Origin: Ramazzottius varieornatus
Lineage: Eukaryota; Animalia; Tardigrada
DNA: 64,000 bases
Assembly: GCA_001949185.1 (NCBI GenBank)
Contig: BDGG01000013.1
Location: 186,001-250,000 of the forward strand
Direction: 5' to 3'
Shown here: positions 12,547 to 28,000 of the stretch, one piece after another
How the letters are laid out: every line of letters starts with the position of its first letter
Position numbering within the stretch: position 1 is the stretch's first letter
Notes under the pieces: model-generated
Database searches by the model: none
The model's input: the letters and a program-made list of their open reading frames with translations, nothing else
Told to the model about the DNA's origin: nothing
Position numbers and translations under genes: made by a program

Positions 12547-13890
12547 ATGGCCAGCACGTCAGACGAGATGCGAGGCAATGAGGACACGAAGAACGAGCCA
12601 ACCGACGACAAGAGAAGTTACAGTCGTTCTCCAGCCAAGTCCGACGTTCAGAAATCCCCAAGTAATCAGCTAAAGTCTGGAGAAAACCCCGACGACGCTA
12701 GTGGCTTCTTTAGTGGGTTTAAGAATTTAATTGTATTTTTCCAGGTGCTTCGGGAGGTGCTCCAGCCAAACGTGGACGTGGACGACCGAAAGGTAGGTGA
12801 TTATCAACAGACAAATATCAAAATATTCTTTCACCAGTTCGTTTGAGTAGAAAACGCAACCTTCTTTGCAGGCTCGGGTGGTGGAGCGAAGAAGACTGGA
12901 GGTACGATCACTTTTGAACCTGGCTCTGAATGGGAAAAGGCGTTTTTTAATGTATATCATGTATCTTGTTGTCTTCTCCATAGTTAGTCTTTCGTTTCAG
13001 TGGCCAAGAACAGCGGAGTGACCAAAGCATCTTCTGGAAGGGGTCGAGGTCGTCCTCCGGGATCTGGCAAGAAGGCTGAAGGAGGCAGCAGTGGTGGTGC
13101 GAAGAAATCGCAGTCCCCAAGTAAGTCGAAACATTCAGATACAAAAATCGACAATATCTGTTTCCATCGTTTTCCGACCTGTCGAATTTGTTTGCCTTCG
13201 TCTCAGTTTCCGAACATGTACAATGACATATCTGCCATGGTGTGGAACGGAAGTCGGAAGAAGCTTTTTGCTTGTAGAGAAATCCAAAGCAAAGTCTGAA
13301 ACTGAAGATGAGGACAACGAAGAGGAAGAGCAGGATGATGACGAGGACGAAGGTTGGTCAACTTTTTTAAGACATAATTTTCAGACTTTTCTTGGGCAGG
13401 TTGTGTACGTGGTAACACAGTGTTCCTTCTACAGGTAATTCGGGAAAGAAGGGCGGAAAGTCACAGGGAGGAAAGGGAGGCTCACGCGGTCGACCGAAAG
13501 GATCCAGTAAGTTTCCGGAAAACATGATGCTGCTGTTTTTTGACTGACCGAATTCTGTCTCTTTCATCTTCCACAGAAAACAAGGGATCTTCCCCTGTCA
13601 AAACATCTACGTCGTCAGGCGGAGCAGCCGGAGGCGAGAAGCGTGGCCGTGGACGACCTCCTGGCAAAGGTATGAATTTAGAAAAGTTGGATTTAGCTTG
13701 TGGGGAAAACTTGTTATTGGCATCATTCTGTTTAGGCAAAGGCACGACAAAGTCGTCTTCGCCAAAGGGTAAAACAGCGTCGAAGGGATCTTCCAGCAGT
13801 GGTGGATCCAAAAGAGGGCCTGGACGTCCCAAGAAGAACCAGGCAGCCTCCAAGGCTGAATCGGAAGCTGAAAGCGGCATGGAGGAATAG
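12547..13890 (+). CDS. Intrinsically disordered multi-AT-hook chromatin protein (HMGA/D1-like, Dsup-like composition), 8 exons, 235 aa
   Basis: Exons are 12547-12661, 12745-12792, 12872-12901, 13001-13120, 13278-13352, 13435-13506, 13577-13669 and 13736-13890. All introns are GT-AG and phase 1, giving 708 nt open to TAG. The product has five GRP-core AT-hooks and one acidic tract. Confidence 0.9.
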
Positions 13891-15165
13891 AAAGACCGAG
13901 CGGTCTTGGATCTCTCTCTCTCTCTCTTTTGACTTTGCACAATTGTACCAAAATTGCTTGCAGGTTCCTCCCAAACTCCTCTCTTTTATTTTAGAATTCG
14001 CATTGTTTATTCCCTACACGCAGCAGTACTAAGATTGACTTGTTATTGTTTTTATGACCTGGACTCGTACATTTCGGGATCAGTTTCTTCCGCAAACCTT
14101 TTGCCCGACTTTGCGTTTTCTGTTCATCAACTGATATTTTCTCCTTGCGAAGGAAGTTCTTTTTGTTTCCTCCGCATAACTTTGTCTGATTTTGTCCTCT
14201 GCAGTTTTTGGTCCTCGCTCTTGTAAAGATGAAGAAACGGAACGGTTCTGCCGGAAATTTCTAGGTCCGTTTTTATGATTGGCTGGTTTCGTGAATGTCG
14301 TTCTTAATTGGTTGTTTGCTTGAATTCCGCCCACCCCAGGGTGAATGCTCCTACTCGCAAGAATTCGTTGCCCGATGAAGTAGGACAGCCAAGTCGGTGT
14401 TCTGGCCCACTCGGCTTGAAGCACAGGGGACAACCTGACGTGGGCACCACGCGGTCTTCGGTCGAAGCTTCGTTCCGTCTATGTTCAAGCTTCCGTTGTA
14501 AAAAATTCCCTGGAAATTCTGGAGTGAGAAGAGCTTACGGGCGTTGGATTCCTGAGAAGAAGGTAAGTTGAAGGCTGTAAAATTAGCGAGAAACAGCATA
14601 CAGCGGATGTTGGGGTCTGTGGCACCAACAGGATGACCACCGGAAAGATATCCCTGGGGCCACTGTGATTTTCTGGTTGGCAACTTGGCCCTAGTTGCTG
14701 CTCCTCGACCTCCTGACACGCGTCAAACCCCCGCTGTTTTGTCCAAAGGAAATAAGGAATCAAAGCTGGACTTTGTTGATCAGGAGCGAACAGAACTCTT
14801 TCGAGGCGTGAGAATTTTTGCTGAGAACCAACGGCACCGTTGAGATTATTACCGCGACAAAGATGGCGGCTTTATGGTGTTTGCTTTTCCAGGAGAGATT
14901 TGACGAGACCATAAAGTTATCGGGAGGAAAGCATGGCTGCTTCTGCGTCATCTGCACAGATCTGTAAGTTCGCTGTCTTCATCTCGTACGATGAATCAAT
15001 GGCTCATGTGCTTGGCGTGCTTCTTCGGCAGTAGCGGTGGCTGAACCTGCAACATCTGGCGCTGGAACATACGTAAGTCAAGTTTCTCTCTGTTTTCCTT
15101 GGGATATGGGAACTTGGATCGGATTCTGTATCGTTGTTCGATTCGTTCTTCCGCAGTCGATCCAG

Positions 15166-16572
15166 ATGACGGAATGCCAGAGCTGCCTCAAGAACGCCAC
15201 CACGATCAGCACCATGTTGGCTGTAATGCAGCAGCAAGCTCAGACGTTGAAGGAGCAACAAGGCACCATTGCCAACCTCATCACCATGCTGGTACGTCAA
15301 GTGACGCATTGCTTCAGAATTTTAGAATGCACCAGTTGACCGTAGATGTATGTGCTTTCACTGGCTTTTTGTTTTCTAGTCGAATGCAACTGGCAACGGG
15401 ATGTCCAACTTACCTTCGCAGCGTTCCGAGTCTTCCTCCAGTAGACTGCATCAGCTAATGAAGACTCCGTCGACACGTTCGAAGGGAGTTTCGCAGTCAC
15501 AGTCGCAAAAGAGTCCAGCGTCTAAGGGATCGCTGAATCGCTCGGTCTACTCTCCTGGTGGCTCGCCGCCGCGCGCCAACCCACGAGGCTGGCCTCCTAA
15601 ATACGGCTACACACCAAAGGCTACACCTGCCGGTAAGACCAAGAAACGGGCTCTAGACGATGACTTCCAACCATCTGAAGACGAGGTCGACAGTGAGGAC
15701 AAAAGCGCAGCAGAAGACGATGAGGGAGGAAATGATAATAACAACGACGCCGACGACGATACCGTCACCAAAATTTGGATTCGCGGAACTGCCAACGTAA
15801 GCTCTTATCAACATCTTTTTACACTAGCAGAAAATTCGGTGAGCTCTGAATGATGACAGCTGCCGTCTCGAGAAACGAAATGAAAATTGTCAAATCGACA
15901 CCGAAAAGAAAACTAAAATTCGTCGAGGTGGAATCGCACTGTCGGCCTTCTCTTTGCAATTTTCGTTTTGCGCCGTTGTTTCATTGGATTATGCTGATGG
16001 GGCGACGGTGTGGGCTTGAGCTTTATCAATATTGATGGTTTTTATTCAGACACGGTCGTTCTTCCAAGTGGCGCACGTTTGCGGTCAGTACCATCGGAAA
16101 TGCGCGCCACCCGTGCAAAAATAATTGGTCGACGTTTTCTTCAAGTGGCGCAAAAGTCCAGCCAACAACACTGGAAATTTGCGCCGTCTCGTCGAGTTTG
16201 TTTGCTGACCTGTTTCTGGAATATTTTCAGGAGAAATGTCCCTGTCCACTGGCCGAATGTGCCAACCGCAAATTTGCCGCCGCTGACATGTATTACTTGC
16301 GTCGGCACTTCGTGCAAGTCCACAAGGGAACCCACCCGAACCCGTACTTCGTCATCCAATGTCCCGTGGACGACTGTGGGGCAGAGTTCGAGCAGTCTCT
16401 TCGCGAGATGCGCAAGCATCTGACCAAGGAGCACAACGACTTGTATCCACCCTCGGCGCGTAAAACCAAAGAGTCCAACATAACCCAGCAAGAAGCCGAG
16501 AACGTGGACGAAAATGGGGAAGGTAACGGAGACGATGAGGCTGCTGTTAGCGATGTGGTCAGCGAGGAATGA
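15166..16572 (+). CDS. C2H2 zinc-finger protein with an N-terminal coiled coil and a disordered middle, 3 coding exons
   Basis: Exons 15166-15291, 15380-15796 and 16231-16572 splice in phase 0. The two fingers are CPLAEC..LRRHFVQVH and CPVDDC..MRKHLTKEH. Further upstream exons are possible (GTAAGT donors near 14563, 14965 and 15072). Confidence 0.75.
16045..16198. repeat. Fixed-spacer palindrome family: 2 tandem units in the zinc-finger gene intron
   Basis: Left arms at 16066 and 16143 (77-bp period); both spacers 25 nt. Confidence 0.88.
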
Positions 16573-17941
16573 AACAAGAAGTGCATCGTGTTTACATTTT
16601 CTGAGTGTTTTACGCTTTTCAGGTTTTGCTCCATTACGAGCTGAATTTTGTAGTTTTTCAGTCTTTAGTCGGTTAATATTAGTAACAGTTTGCTGGCGCG
16701 AACGAGTTTCTATTGTAATTATTTCTTTGTTTTCTTGAAAGCACGTGGTAAACGACGTAATTCGGGCATAAGGGTTTTTCACTCGTAATTCGGGCATAAT
16801 TTTTCTCAGCTCCTGCTGCGCGTAATGAACCGCTTCTTGTTTCCTGAGGTAGACTCATCCCTCTCCTCGAGATGGGTCTGTCCAATGTCAAAAAGCCTAA
16901 TGTTGTATCAACACACGTACGATGAGGGATGAATCAAGCGTTGACGCTAATGTTCAAACCTTTCGCGTTGCCCGAATCATGGTGCGAAAATCGATATGCC
17001 CGAATTACACTGAGCCCCATATCTATCTGTCCACCCCCATCCAGAGGTTGATAAGGCGCTCGAGCAGAGTAAGAAATCGGATTAGCGTAGGAACTAGCCA
17101 ATTGAAAGGGAGCACGTGGGCGGAGCCGAGCCGACTGAACCCACTAATGTGCTTGGTGCTTAATTCCCGAGTAAGGCATATGGGCCGTAATTCGACTGCG
17201 TAAGAAATCCGAGTAACGTTCCAACTAAGCTTTCCTGTGGGTACTTCTTCCCAAAAGTTTTTCAAACCCTCAGATTTTCTTTCAAGACGTCCCACCGAGA
17301 TGCCAATTGCCCCTCTAACTGCATCTTTCAGGGTTTAACGTCGGTTATTAATGATTCGTTAAACTGTAGCAACGAATGCACGCTTGACTGTGACTTTGTC
17401 AACCTAGAAAACAACGAACATCTCAGTTTGACTGTGGATGTAACTGTGGCTTTCGAAAATTCGATGAGCCTGCAACTTCAACTGTGACTTTTGCCACAAT
17501 AATAACTGTTTCTGACTGTGGCTTTTGCCACTTTCTGGATTTTACTTTGCCTTTAACTGCTGCTTTTTGTATCAAGATTCACTTGAGCTGTAAGCAGTCG
17601 GAACTGGACATCACTTTTTCCGTTGCTGTATCAGAATTGGAAACTTTGTGTGATTTGACATCGCATCTTACCAAAAAGTCATCAAGTACGAAAATTGATG
17701 GAGGTTTTGCGAAACCTTCCGGAGAAGTTACGCTAATCGGCTGGATCGCGTAGCGGGTCTCAACCTCAGCCGATTAAAGTAAGGAATGGGAGGGGTCAAA
17801 GTCTTACGCTACTCGGATTTCTTGCGCTGCTCGAGTTCCGTATCAACCTCTCTAATAGTAACAAGCATGGATGTGATGTCTGCTGGCTAGCCACGTGGTC
17901 GTAAAGATCGAACACTGATCTCTATAAAGACGTTCAACATA

Positions 17942-18056
17942 CTGTATACTCTCCCGAAATTCACGTACGTCACTCCATTCAGAGTGTAAAACTAGACGGT
18001 AAGACCCCAATGATTTGAGAGTCAGTGACGTACGTGAATTTCGGGAGAGCATACAG
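17942..18056. mobile_element. MITE (115 bp) with TA target duplication
   Basis: TIRs are CTGTATACTCTCCCGAAATTCACGTACGTCACT and AGTGACGTACGTGAATTTCGGGAGAGCATACAG (1 mismatch), with TA on both sides. Confidence 0.85.
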
Positions 18057-18287
18057 TATCGAAATCGGGTTAGTGCGAAATAAGTTGTGAAATTTTGAAA
18101 CGAAGATGGGGGTGGACAGATACCGGTAGATATGGGACTCAGTGTATGTCGTTTACCTCGTACGCATTTGGCGATGATGTAGTATGAACCGCTAAAAAAC
18201 GCATCCGTTCTGCGGAAACGCGCAGGATGAGATACTGGTTGGATAAAATTCGCTCTGTAAAAAGGAACCGGCAACTTGGCTTTGTGC

Positions 18288-20259
<1,972 letters not shown>

Positions 20260-20806
20260 GTCGCGATAGTACAAAGCCTCCTTCGTGGCGGAAGATTGAA
20301 GATCAGAACTTCGAAGCACCGAGAATGGGTTTAATAAGACCACGGTACTGCAACACAACTTCACAAGATGCAAAAACAAACTCCTGGCGAAATTGCGATT
20401 GATCAAGAAGAAACGTCAATCAAGGCTAACTTAGATGGTTATGGCCCGGGCCTTCCCATCTGACGAGTGACTATCCCCTGTCCCAAGTTATCCCGCACAC
20501 TCCAGGGATAAGCGCGAAGTTCTCGTCAGCGCACACAAATTTTCCTTGTAAAACTTCTCTCCTGATGATTTAGACCAATCAATCGTTTCGAGTTTCAGAA
20601 GCCGTCCTCTCTAACACTTTGGGCTCAAAATGCGTGTGCGATTCATGTCAGGAATAGAAAGGGGGCTGGACAGCTTTAAAAAACATTACCCGAAAGCTAG
20701 CAAACAAACAGCAGCTCAAAATGTCAATCTGCGAGACTGCGACCCAGAAAGCATGGCAGAATGTAGAAAGAAAGACAGAAAGAGGAACTTCTTTAGAGCA
20801 GCCATT

Positions 20807-23768
20807 CTAACCGGAAGTCCAGTAGACCATCCAAGTACAAACCCACACGGGTAACAAAAACAGACAAAGAACTGGTGATAACCAGTTCCCATACACCACG
20901 TACTGCATGAAAAGATCAGAAAGAGGTAGCAGCCACTCATCCTTCACTTTGTCGAGATCATTCAGGGAAAACACCGCGCCAGTCCGCAGTCCTTCCCAGA
21001 CCTTCACACCCAACATGACCAGCGTGGGACATGTCACTAGCAGAAGGCCGCCGAGAAGTGTTCGAAGTGTTCGGTTAGTGGGCACTTGAAGTATGGCCAC
21101 CGGGACAGCTATCATGGCCACGATGAGCGCCAGGGAAAAGTTTAGCATGGATAAGGCGTACAGACCTACAGCGAGTTCGATGAGGGTGAGGCTATGCAAC
21201 AGGTTGGCATCAGCTTCCCGCAAAAACCTGCAAAAACAAGTTCGGTTTATTTCCTCTTTATCAGTTTCATCAACTTCAACTGGAACCTTCTCTCACGATG
21301 TTTTGTCCCATGTTCGGTGAGTTTGAGACGAGGCTTCGTTCTGTTGCTGTTTCGAAAGACCTGTCTCGTCGTCTTATCGTGTTTTTGTTTGCTGAAGTAC
21401 TTACCGGGAGGTTAATACTGGTGTGGAGAAGGCCACTGCCAGCGTCGCGCCCAGCCCGACCATCATTGCTGCCGTGTCCGGTAGCGTACTCAGCGCCGAT
21501 AAACCCACCGTGAACGCACCTAACCCGATGGCGTGGCTGAGTACTATCCACGGCAAAACTGTCCCCACAGTTGAACTACCTCCAGCCGCGTTACCTTCCC
21601 CAACAGGGAAGGAGCCCTTCGACCAGAGGTGAAGTGCTGTCAAGACTAGCGGCAGGACCAAGATACCTAGTGGAGGCATATACAGCCCGATGGAGACGAA
21701 GCGCTGGGTGGCTGGCATTATGTAGAAGAAGAAGGACTGGTGAAAGCGCTCGAGAAGGTTGTTCAAACTGCGGCAAATTCCTTCGAAAGCACTAAGATGG
21801 AAAAGATTGAAGCATAATTGGAGGCTCTGCAGACGAACTCGACACGGTCACATTCCCAGTTGGCGCACACTTTCATTCGATGATAACGAAAGCGTGTGCC
21901 ACTTGGCAAGCTAATTCTGTCAAGTTTCCCAAGTGGCGCACGCTTCCGGCCGATAACACCGAAAACATGCGCCACCCGAAGAAAACAGTTAAACTCGACA
22001 AGATCGTTCTTCCGACTGACGCACGCTCTCTCTGAATAACTCTGTAGACGTGGGTCACTTGGAAAAACATTCCTTCCGACTTCACTTCTCAATTTCCACT
22101 TATCAGAATTTCCTGCTGGATTTCTCCTTAGAGGGGAAGTTTCAGTTACGTACATGCCGAGGTCGAGAAATCCAATGCGGCCATTGCGGTTCGCGTCCTT
22201 CTTCAGTCCACGGAGCGTGAGCGACTGGATGTTAAACTGTTGGAAGAAGCCGTGGTTGCCTTCGAGCTGACCGGAAGCGGCGGAAGTGACCATGGCGGAG
22301 GCGGTCTGGAGGTCGCGAAGGTAGTGGCCCATCATATTTTGTGGAGTTCGCTCTGCAACGAACGAAGAGCCACACATATCTAAAGGTATCGAATGGGTTT
22401 ATTAGAGGAAGTGAAGAGGACTGTCTTACCGAGGAGTTGACTATTGCCTTGGATGACGAGGGGAATCTGCTGCTGGCTACACAGGAGGCGAACCAAATTG
22501 AGCAGGTCCAGGTTGGGCATCTGACCGTTGATGCCAACAATACGCGCGTCCACGTAGTCCAGGTTTGGACCGGGAATCTCGGCCGTAATGGCAGCTTGGA
22601 TAGCGCCTGCGCGATCCTTCAGCGGTTCCGAAGCCACCACTGGACAATCACAAAGTAATTATTTTTTGGACCTTTCCACGGAAACATCGAACTTGTCTCG
22701 TATAAGCAGATCAGCAGCACCCTGTCAGCAGCTTCGTCAGCAGGCTGTTCTCGGTCATAGGAAATAGAGAAAAAAAATTTCTGAGGTTTACTTCGCTTAC
22801 CGGATGAATCGATGCCGTGGTACGCTTCCACCCAAGCTTTGGCTCCAATATGCTCGTTTTCTGTCACCAGGAAAATGATGTCTTTCGCCCAGTAATGTTT
22901 AACTGGAACGACAGACCGTCCAGCTCTGATATCAGACATTTTGATAATTCATTCTAACGGTCAGAAACGGCAGGGATGTTCTTACAACGGAACTGGTGCG
23001 CCAAAGCCAGCAGCAACGCGATGCCTCCTTCCGTCCGGACCTTCTCCGTCTTAGAAGACCGATATGGTGCAGCGAGGACCATGGATTCCTGGCTGTTGGC
23101 TCTGGAAGCTCGCAGGATGGCGTAGACTGATTTTCCATGCTGAGGCATAGAAACACCATCAGTAGAACAAATTCAAAGAAATTCGACGGATATCCCACTT
23201 CAAGTGGTACATACTGCGTTCGGAAGAAGTAACTACGAGTATGCTTACCTTGTGCCCATCTCCCGGTAGAGTATAGTTGTATGAATGGACGTAAGCCTCC
23301 AGTCCAAGTTTCCGAAAGGCGTCGTGGAGAAAGTCAACGGGAAAGTGACTGTGATGAAAGAAAATGAAAATATAACATTAATTCAACTGCTTAACGCACA
23401 CAAGTTAAACAGCGGAAATTCTGTCGGGGACTATGACCAAAAAACGGAATTAACACCTGGGCAATATTTACGGAATGATTGGTTACCTGCGCCACTAAGC
23501 CTTACCTGTCCGGTTTCCTCTGTAGGTCTATCAGAAGCTTATACTGCATCTTCGCGAATGCTTCGTCTGTTGACGTAAACGCTGGTTCGACCAGTCCAGG
23601 GAGCAGAGCGTTCTCCGAGAAGTAAGTGCGGAGCGTGAAGTGGTCGTCGACGATGGCAAACGTCCAGCACAAGCCCACGATGTACGCTAGCGCAGATAAT
23701 TTGGCGTAATTCTTAGCCAGCAGCTTTGCCATCTGCTCGCTCTTGCCGGGGTCCGTGAGCAATCCCAT
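20807..23768 (-). CDS. GPAA1: GPI-anchor transamidase component GAA1, multi-exon
   Basis: MGLLTDP..; [13 protein letters not shown]; [12 protein letters not shown]; GAIQAA; [14 protein letters not shown]; [25 protein letters not shown]; C-terminal transmembrane helices. Confidence 0.96.
21836..22067. repeat. Fixed-spacer palindrome family: 3 tandem units in a GPAA1 intron
   Basis: Left arms at 21858, 21931 and 22014; all spacers 25 nt. Confidence 0.9.
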
Positions 23769-25099
23769 GGTTGCCTCCCGGTAGTGCTGAACGTACAACA
23801 GTAATGGGAGAAAAGGGATGCACTTCACGAGATGAAGACAGGAAGATCGACCGAACCTGGAAAACGTCGACGATGAGTCGGATCGGAGAAGCAATAATGA
23901 CAAATCAACAGTGTTATGCACACTAATCAAGCGAGACGGAATCCTAAACGAGAAGCGGAGCTGCTTGTCTTTAGTCCACTCCGTCCAGACATTATTTGGA
24001 CATCGGACTTTGGAGTTTCAGCCAGTACTGCCCTTACCGACCGAATCCGAAACACCAAAGCATTGGCCTACCTGCTAAAGAAACTGCTTTTCAAGATGGT
24101 GGACGAACAAGGCGATTTTTATCGACATCCAGATTTCGTGACGCGCTGGTTGGCGAGGACGTAAAGACTTCGCGGGAAACTTTTGGAAAAGGTCAAGAAG
24201 AAGGGCCGCGAGCTTAGTCAGTCTCCCAAGAACCTACTGATGCACTGAATATGAGCAAGACTAAAGCTGTCAGATCCGGACTGAAGCTTGTCTTGTTGGT
24301 TTTTTCATTTGCTGCAGTGTTGTCGCCATGAAATCTGTGAAGTTAAGGCAAAGCGAAACACACAGCGATACTGCATGGTATGGCCGCGAGCTGTCCTTCT
24401 TCTCCAAGCTGCTCCAAGCTGCTGTTCACCATGAACGATCTGAAACGCAAGCCGGAAGTGTTCAGTCTGACGGAGATTCCACTGGCCATGGTGTTCTTCT
24501 TTTTGAATGTGCTCGATCGTTTCGGCATGTAAATGTAGGACGCACGCGCCGGCCTATATATACTTTGTACTCCCATCGTGACCGAAGCAGCACCCGCTCA
24601 GTGCGAAATGTAAGCCTACCATGGACGTTCCTGTTTTTTTCCACCGTCGTTATTTGTTTAAAGGTACACGTAGAGTCTTGGATCAAGTGTTGTATCGTCT
24701 GTCTCATGGAGTAGTCGCACCACATTAGCAGCCGTAGTACATTTGTTTTTGCGCAGTGCGGATGTACTGTAAAGATAGTAATGTCTTCAATATGACCTTA
24801 CGCATTCGTTTCCGCCTTCGACGAAAGCCAAAACTTGAACCGACGAAACATTCCTAAATCTTTATCTGCCGTTGTGTGAATGTTATTGCCTGCCTTCTTC
24901 CCCTTATTACAATAATCGAAAATACTCGGTATTCTGATGTACGCCCATAACCATCTTTCCTTATCGAAAAACCGATGCAAGCTTGTGTGACACAAGAGGA
25001 TACGTTCACTTCCTCGTTCGGTGGGTGTCTCAGCAGCTTTTCCCACTGTTCTGGGTTCAATAGTTTCGTGAACCTAACGGATCCATCTTGTTTGCTGGG

Positions 25100-28000
25100 T
25101 GAAAGTCAAAGTCTCATCTGGCATCATGCTGGCATCCGGACCATCACGCGGACCTTCCACATTGCTGCTGGCCTTAGGAGCCGTGATCGCCCTGTTCTCC
25201 ATGACCATAGCCTTTGGTGTACTGTGGGGACAAGAGAAGGCCAGAAACGAAGAGCTGATGAGGTAAGATAACCTGTTCTTTGTACTACAGATTTGTCGTG
25301 AAGACTCTGCGTCGCCGCCGTATGACACAAGAACGTTGTTTTAAACAGCTCCACCAGCAGAGAACCAGCCGTTACTGCGCAACCGGTGGTGACCACCACA
25401 CCCGGTTCACACAGTCCAGGAGTCTGCACGACTCCGGCATGTGTGGCAGCCGGTACGTACTGTCATGAATTTCAAGTTTCCCGTGTGGATACTTTTGAGC
25501 AGCTCTTTATGCTTGCTTACTTGTGCACTAATTTCTTGCAGCTCACACTTTTGAACACTGCAATGAACAAGTAAGTGATAACACCTTTTGGCGAGCAGTG
25601 CGCTACTCCATTGTTCTGCTAGTCTGCAGTCATACGTATGTTAAGCCCTGCGCCGAGCTGTGCACATTTTCTGAATGTTGGTTAGAAACGTCCGACCGTG
25701 TGATGACTTTTACGAGTTTGCTTGTAGCAACTCTAATAAGACGGAAGCGATACGGGACGACAAGACTTCGCCTTCGACATTGTCGAACGGTTACGGTTAC
25801 TTCGTCGCGATCTTCGCGGGATGTTAACGACTGCCAAAGTTAGCGTTCTACCAGCTGATACGAACAACGCAACCCACAAAATGCAGCGTTACTTTCACAG
25901 CTGCATGGATACGCGTAAATTATGAGCCCATACTTACAACGAGCAAGTGCGCAACAAAAACAAGTCTGTCTTTTCCAGAGAAAATTGCCGAAGACATGCG
26001 AGAAATCAAACCGTTAGAAAAACTCCTCCTCAATGACTTCGATTTCGAACTGTCCAGTTGGCCGACAATTGGCAGAGATAGCGTTGCGACCGACCCGCAG
26101 CGGTTAAAACAGACCATCATGGTCGCCCGAAGATACGGCAACTCGCTGGGTATATTCACAATGGCATTACTCCCAACATCAGCGAGCCCCGGCAAAACGT
26201 CATCGAGTTCGACGCTGGTCGATTCACTCTTGATCGCTCGGTTCTGCTGAACGAGAGCAAAGTCGAGGTCCATAACGCTTACGTCGAGTACATGACGGAG
26301 GTTGCACTTGAGATACAGAAGCGTTTGGGAAACTCCAATGCAGCCCTCAACGTGGATATTTACCGTCGAATTTTCCAAGACGTTCTCAGGTTCGAGAAAG
26401 CCTTGGCCTCGGTAAGTCCCTCTCATAATATGTCGTGTGTGAATTCCATTGTCATTCGCCTTGTTTGATAGTTCACCCTCCCGTCGGAGAAACGAAGAGA
26501 CGAGTGGGAGATGTGGCACGAAATGAGGCTCGATCGATTTGCCGAGACGTACTTCAATCCTACGAATAACGGCGAACCTTTGGCGCTCCACATTTATGCA
26601 AAGGAATGGGTTAACTATTTCAGGACTGCATGGGGCGCTTCCGCCGGTGGCATTACGGAAGACACTGTTAGCGTTGTTCGGGAACCAGCATACTATGGCA
26701 ATTTGACCACGGCCCTCGCTGGAATTGAGTTTAGTACAGGTACTGCTAACCGAGTTACCGAGGCGGTGGGCGGCCACCTCCTCATTTCTGTAACCAGTGT
26801 CGTCATACTGTAGGTTCTTCTGGATCTACGTTGGATGAAAGGTTGTAGAGCCTTTCGTCAGACAAATCGACGACGAGTTTCTGGCGATTTACCAGCGCTT
26901 CCCCAATGCTGTGGGAAGCCTGTACGCCAAGAACTTCTTCCATCCGCAAGCCAAGAAAGACGTAAGCCCGACCCGCATGTGTCTGAAGTCAAAACTTTAC
27001 GGCCCCGAATTTTTGTTTTCAGCTGGAGACTATGGTCGAGTACCTCATGTGGGCATTCGATGAAATTGTCAACATCAGTACCGTTACACCTTTAGCTCCA
27101 TAACATGTAGCTGTTGACCGTATTGTAGGAATAAGCGTTGCTACCGCCTTTCAGGGTTCGGACTGGATGACCCCAGCCACACGTCTGAAAACTTTGGAGA
27201 AGGCCAAAAAGTTGATTAGTTCGATTGCCTACGACGAATACCTCATGAGCAATGACAATACTGCTCTCAATGCCGAACACGAAAGTTTCAAGCCAGACCG
27301 TAACAACACCTACTTCCTAAACTACGCGAAGGGCCGAGATTTCGAGACGCAGGTTGAGGGACAGATGTTGGTTAAGGGTAACAAGCGCACAGGCTGGATC
27401 ACCGGACCTGCCATCGTGAACGCATTCTACTCACCCAACCACAACTCCATCTGTACGAACAATTCACCAGCAAACCTATTTCCAGTGACTTCGCACGTTT
27501 TAAACCTTATTTTATTTCTAGCCTTGCCCGCTGGCATCTTACAGTCGCCTTTCATGGGGCAAGGCTACCCGTGGTACTGGAACTTTGCCGCCATTGGCAC
27601 GGTTATAGGCCATGAAATTACCCTTGGCTTTGACGATCAAGGTAGGAGCCTTGACATTGCATCCTAATCGAGGATGCCGATTGGGAGAAAGCACGTATAT
27701 TTTGCCTTATAGGGGCGCAGAGTGACGGCGATGGGTACTTTGTTGACTGGTAGGATAAGGAGTTCAAAGACGCATTCAAGCCACGAGCTCAAACCATCAT
27801 TGACCAGTACAGCAACTACAGTTTGATGGGTGTCCAACTGAAGGGAGAAAACAACCAGGGCGAGAACATTGCGGACAACGTTGGTCTAAAGGAATCTTAC
27901 AGGGTACAAGGTTATACTGGTTCAGGTTGCAGTGATTGATGTTGGGTGCTTTTCTAGGGTTACAAAAAGTTCCTGCGAGAAGTTCTAAAAAACCAAAGGA

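Noticed and set aside
16756-17008. CGTAATTCGGGCATA direct pair with one inverted copy
   Set aside because: Probably a decayed MITE, but its ends and target duplication could not be defined.
17385-17530. Scattered ACTGTGRCTTT motifs
   Set aside because: The motifs are short and irregularly spaced, with no supportable ORF or element boundaries.
25920-26777. 285-aa ORF on the - strand
   Set aside because: It is an antisense shadow of neprilysin exons with no recognisable domain.
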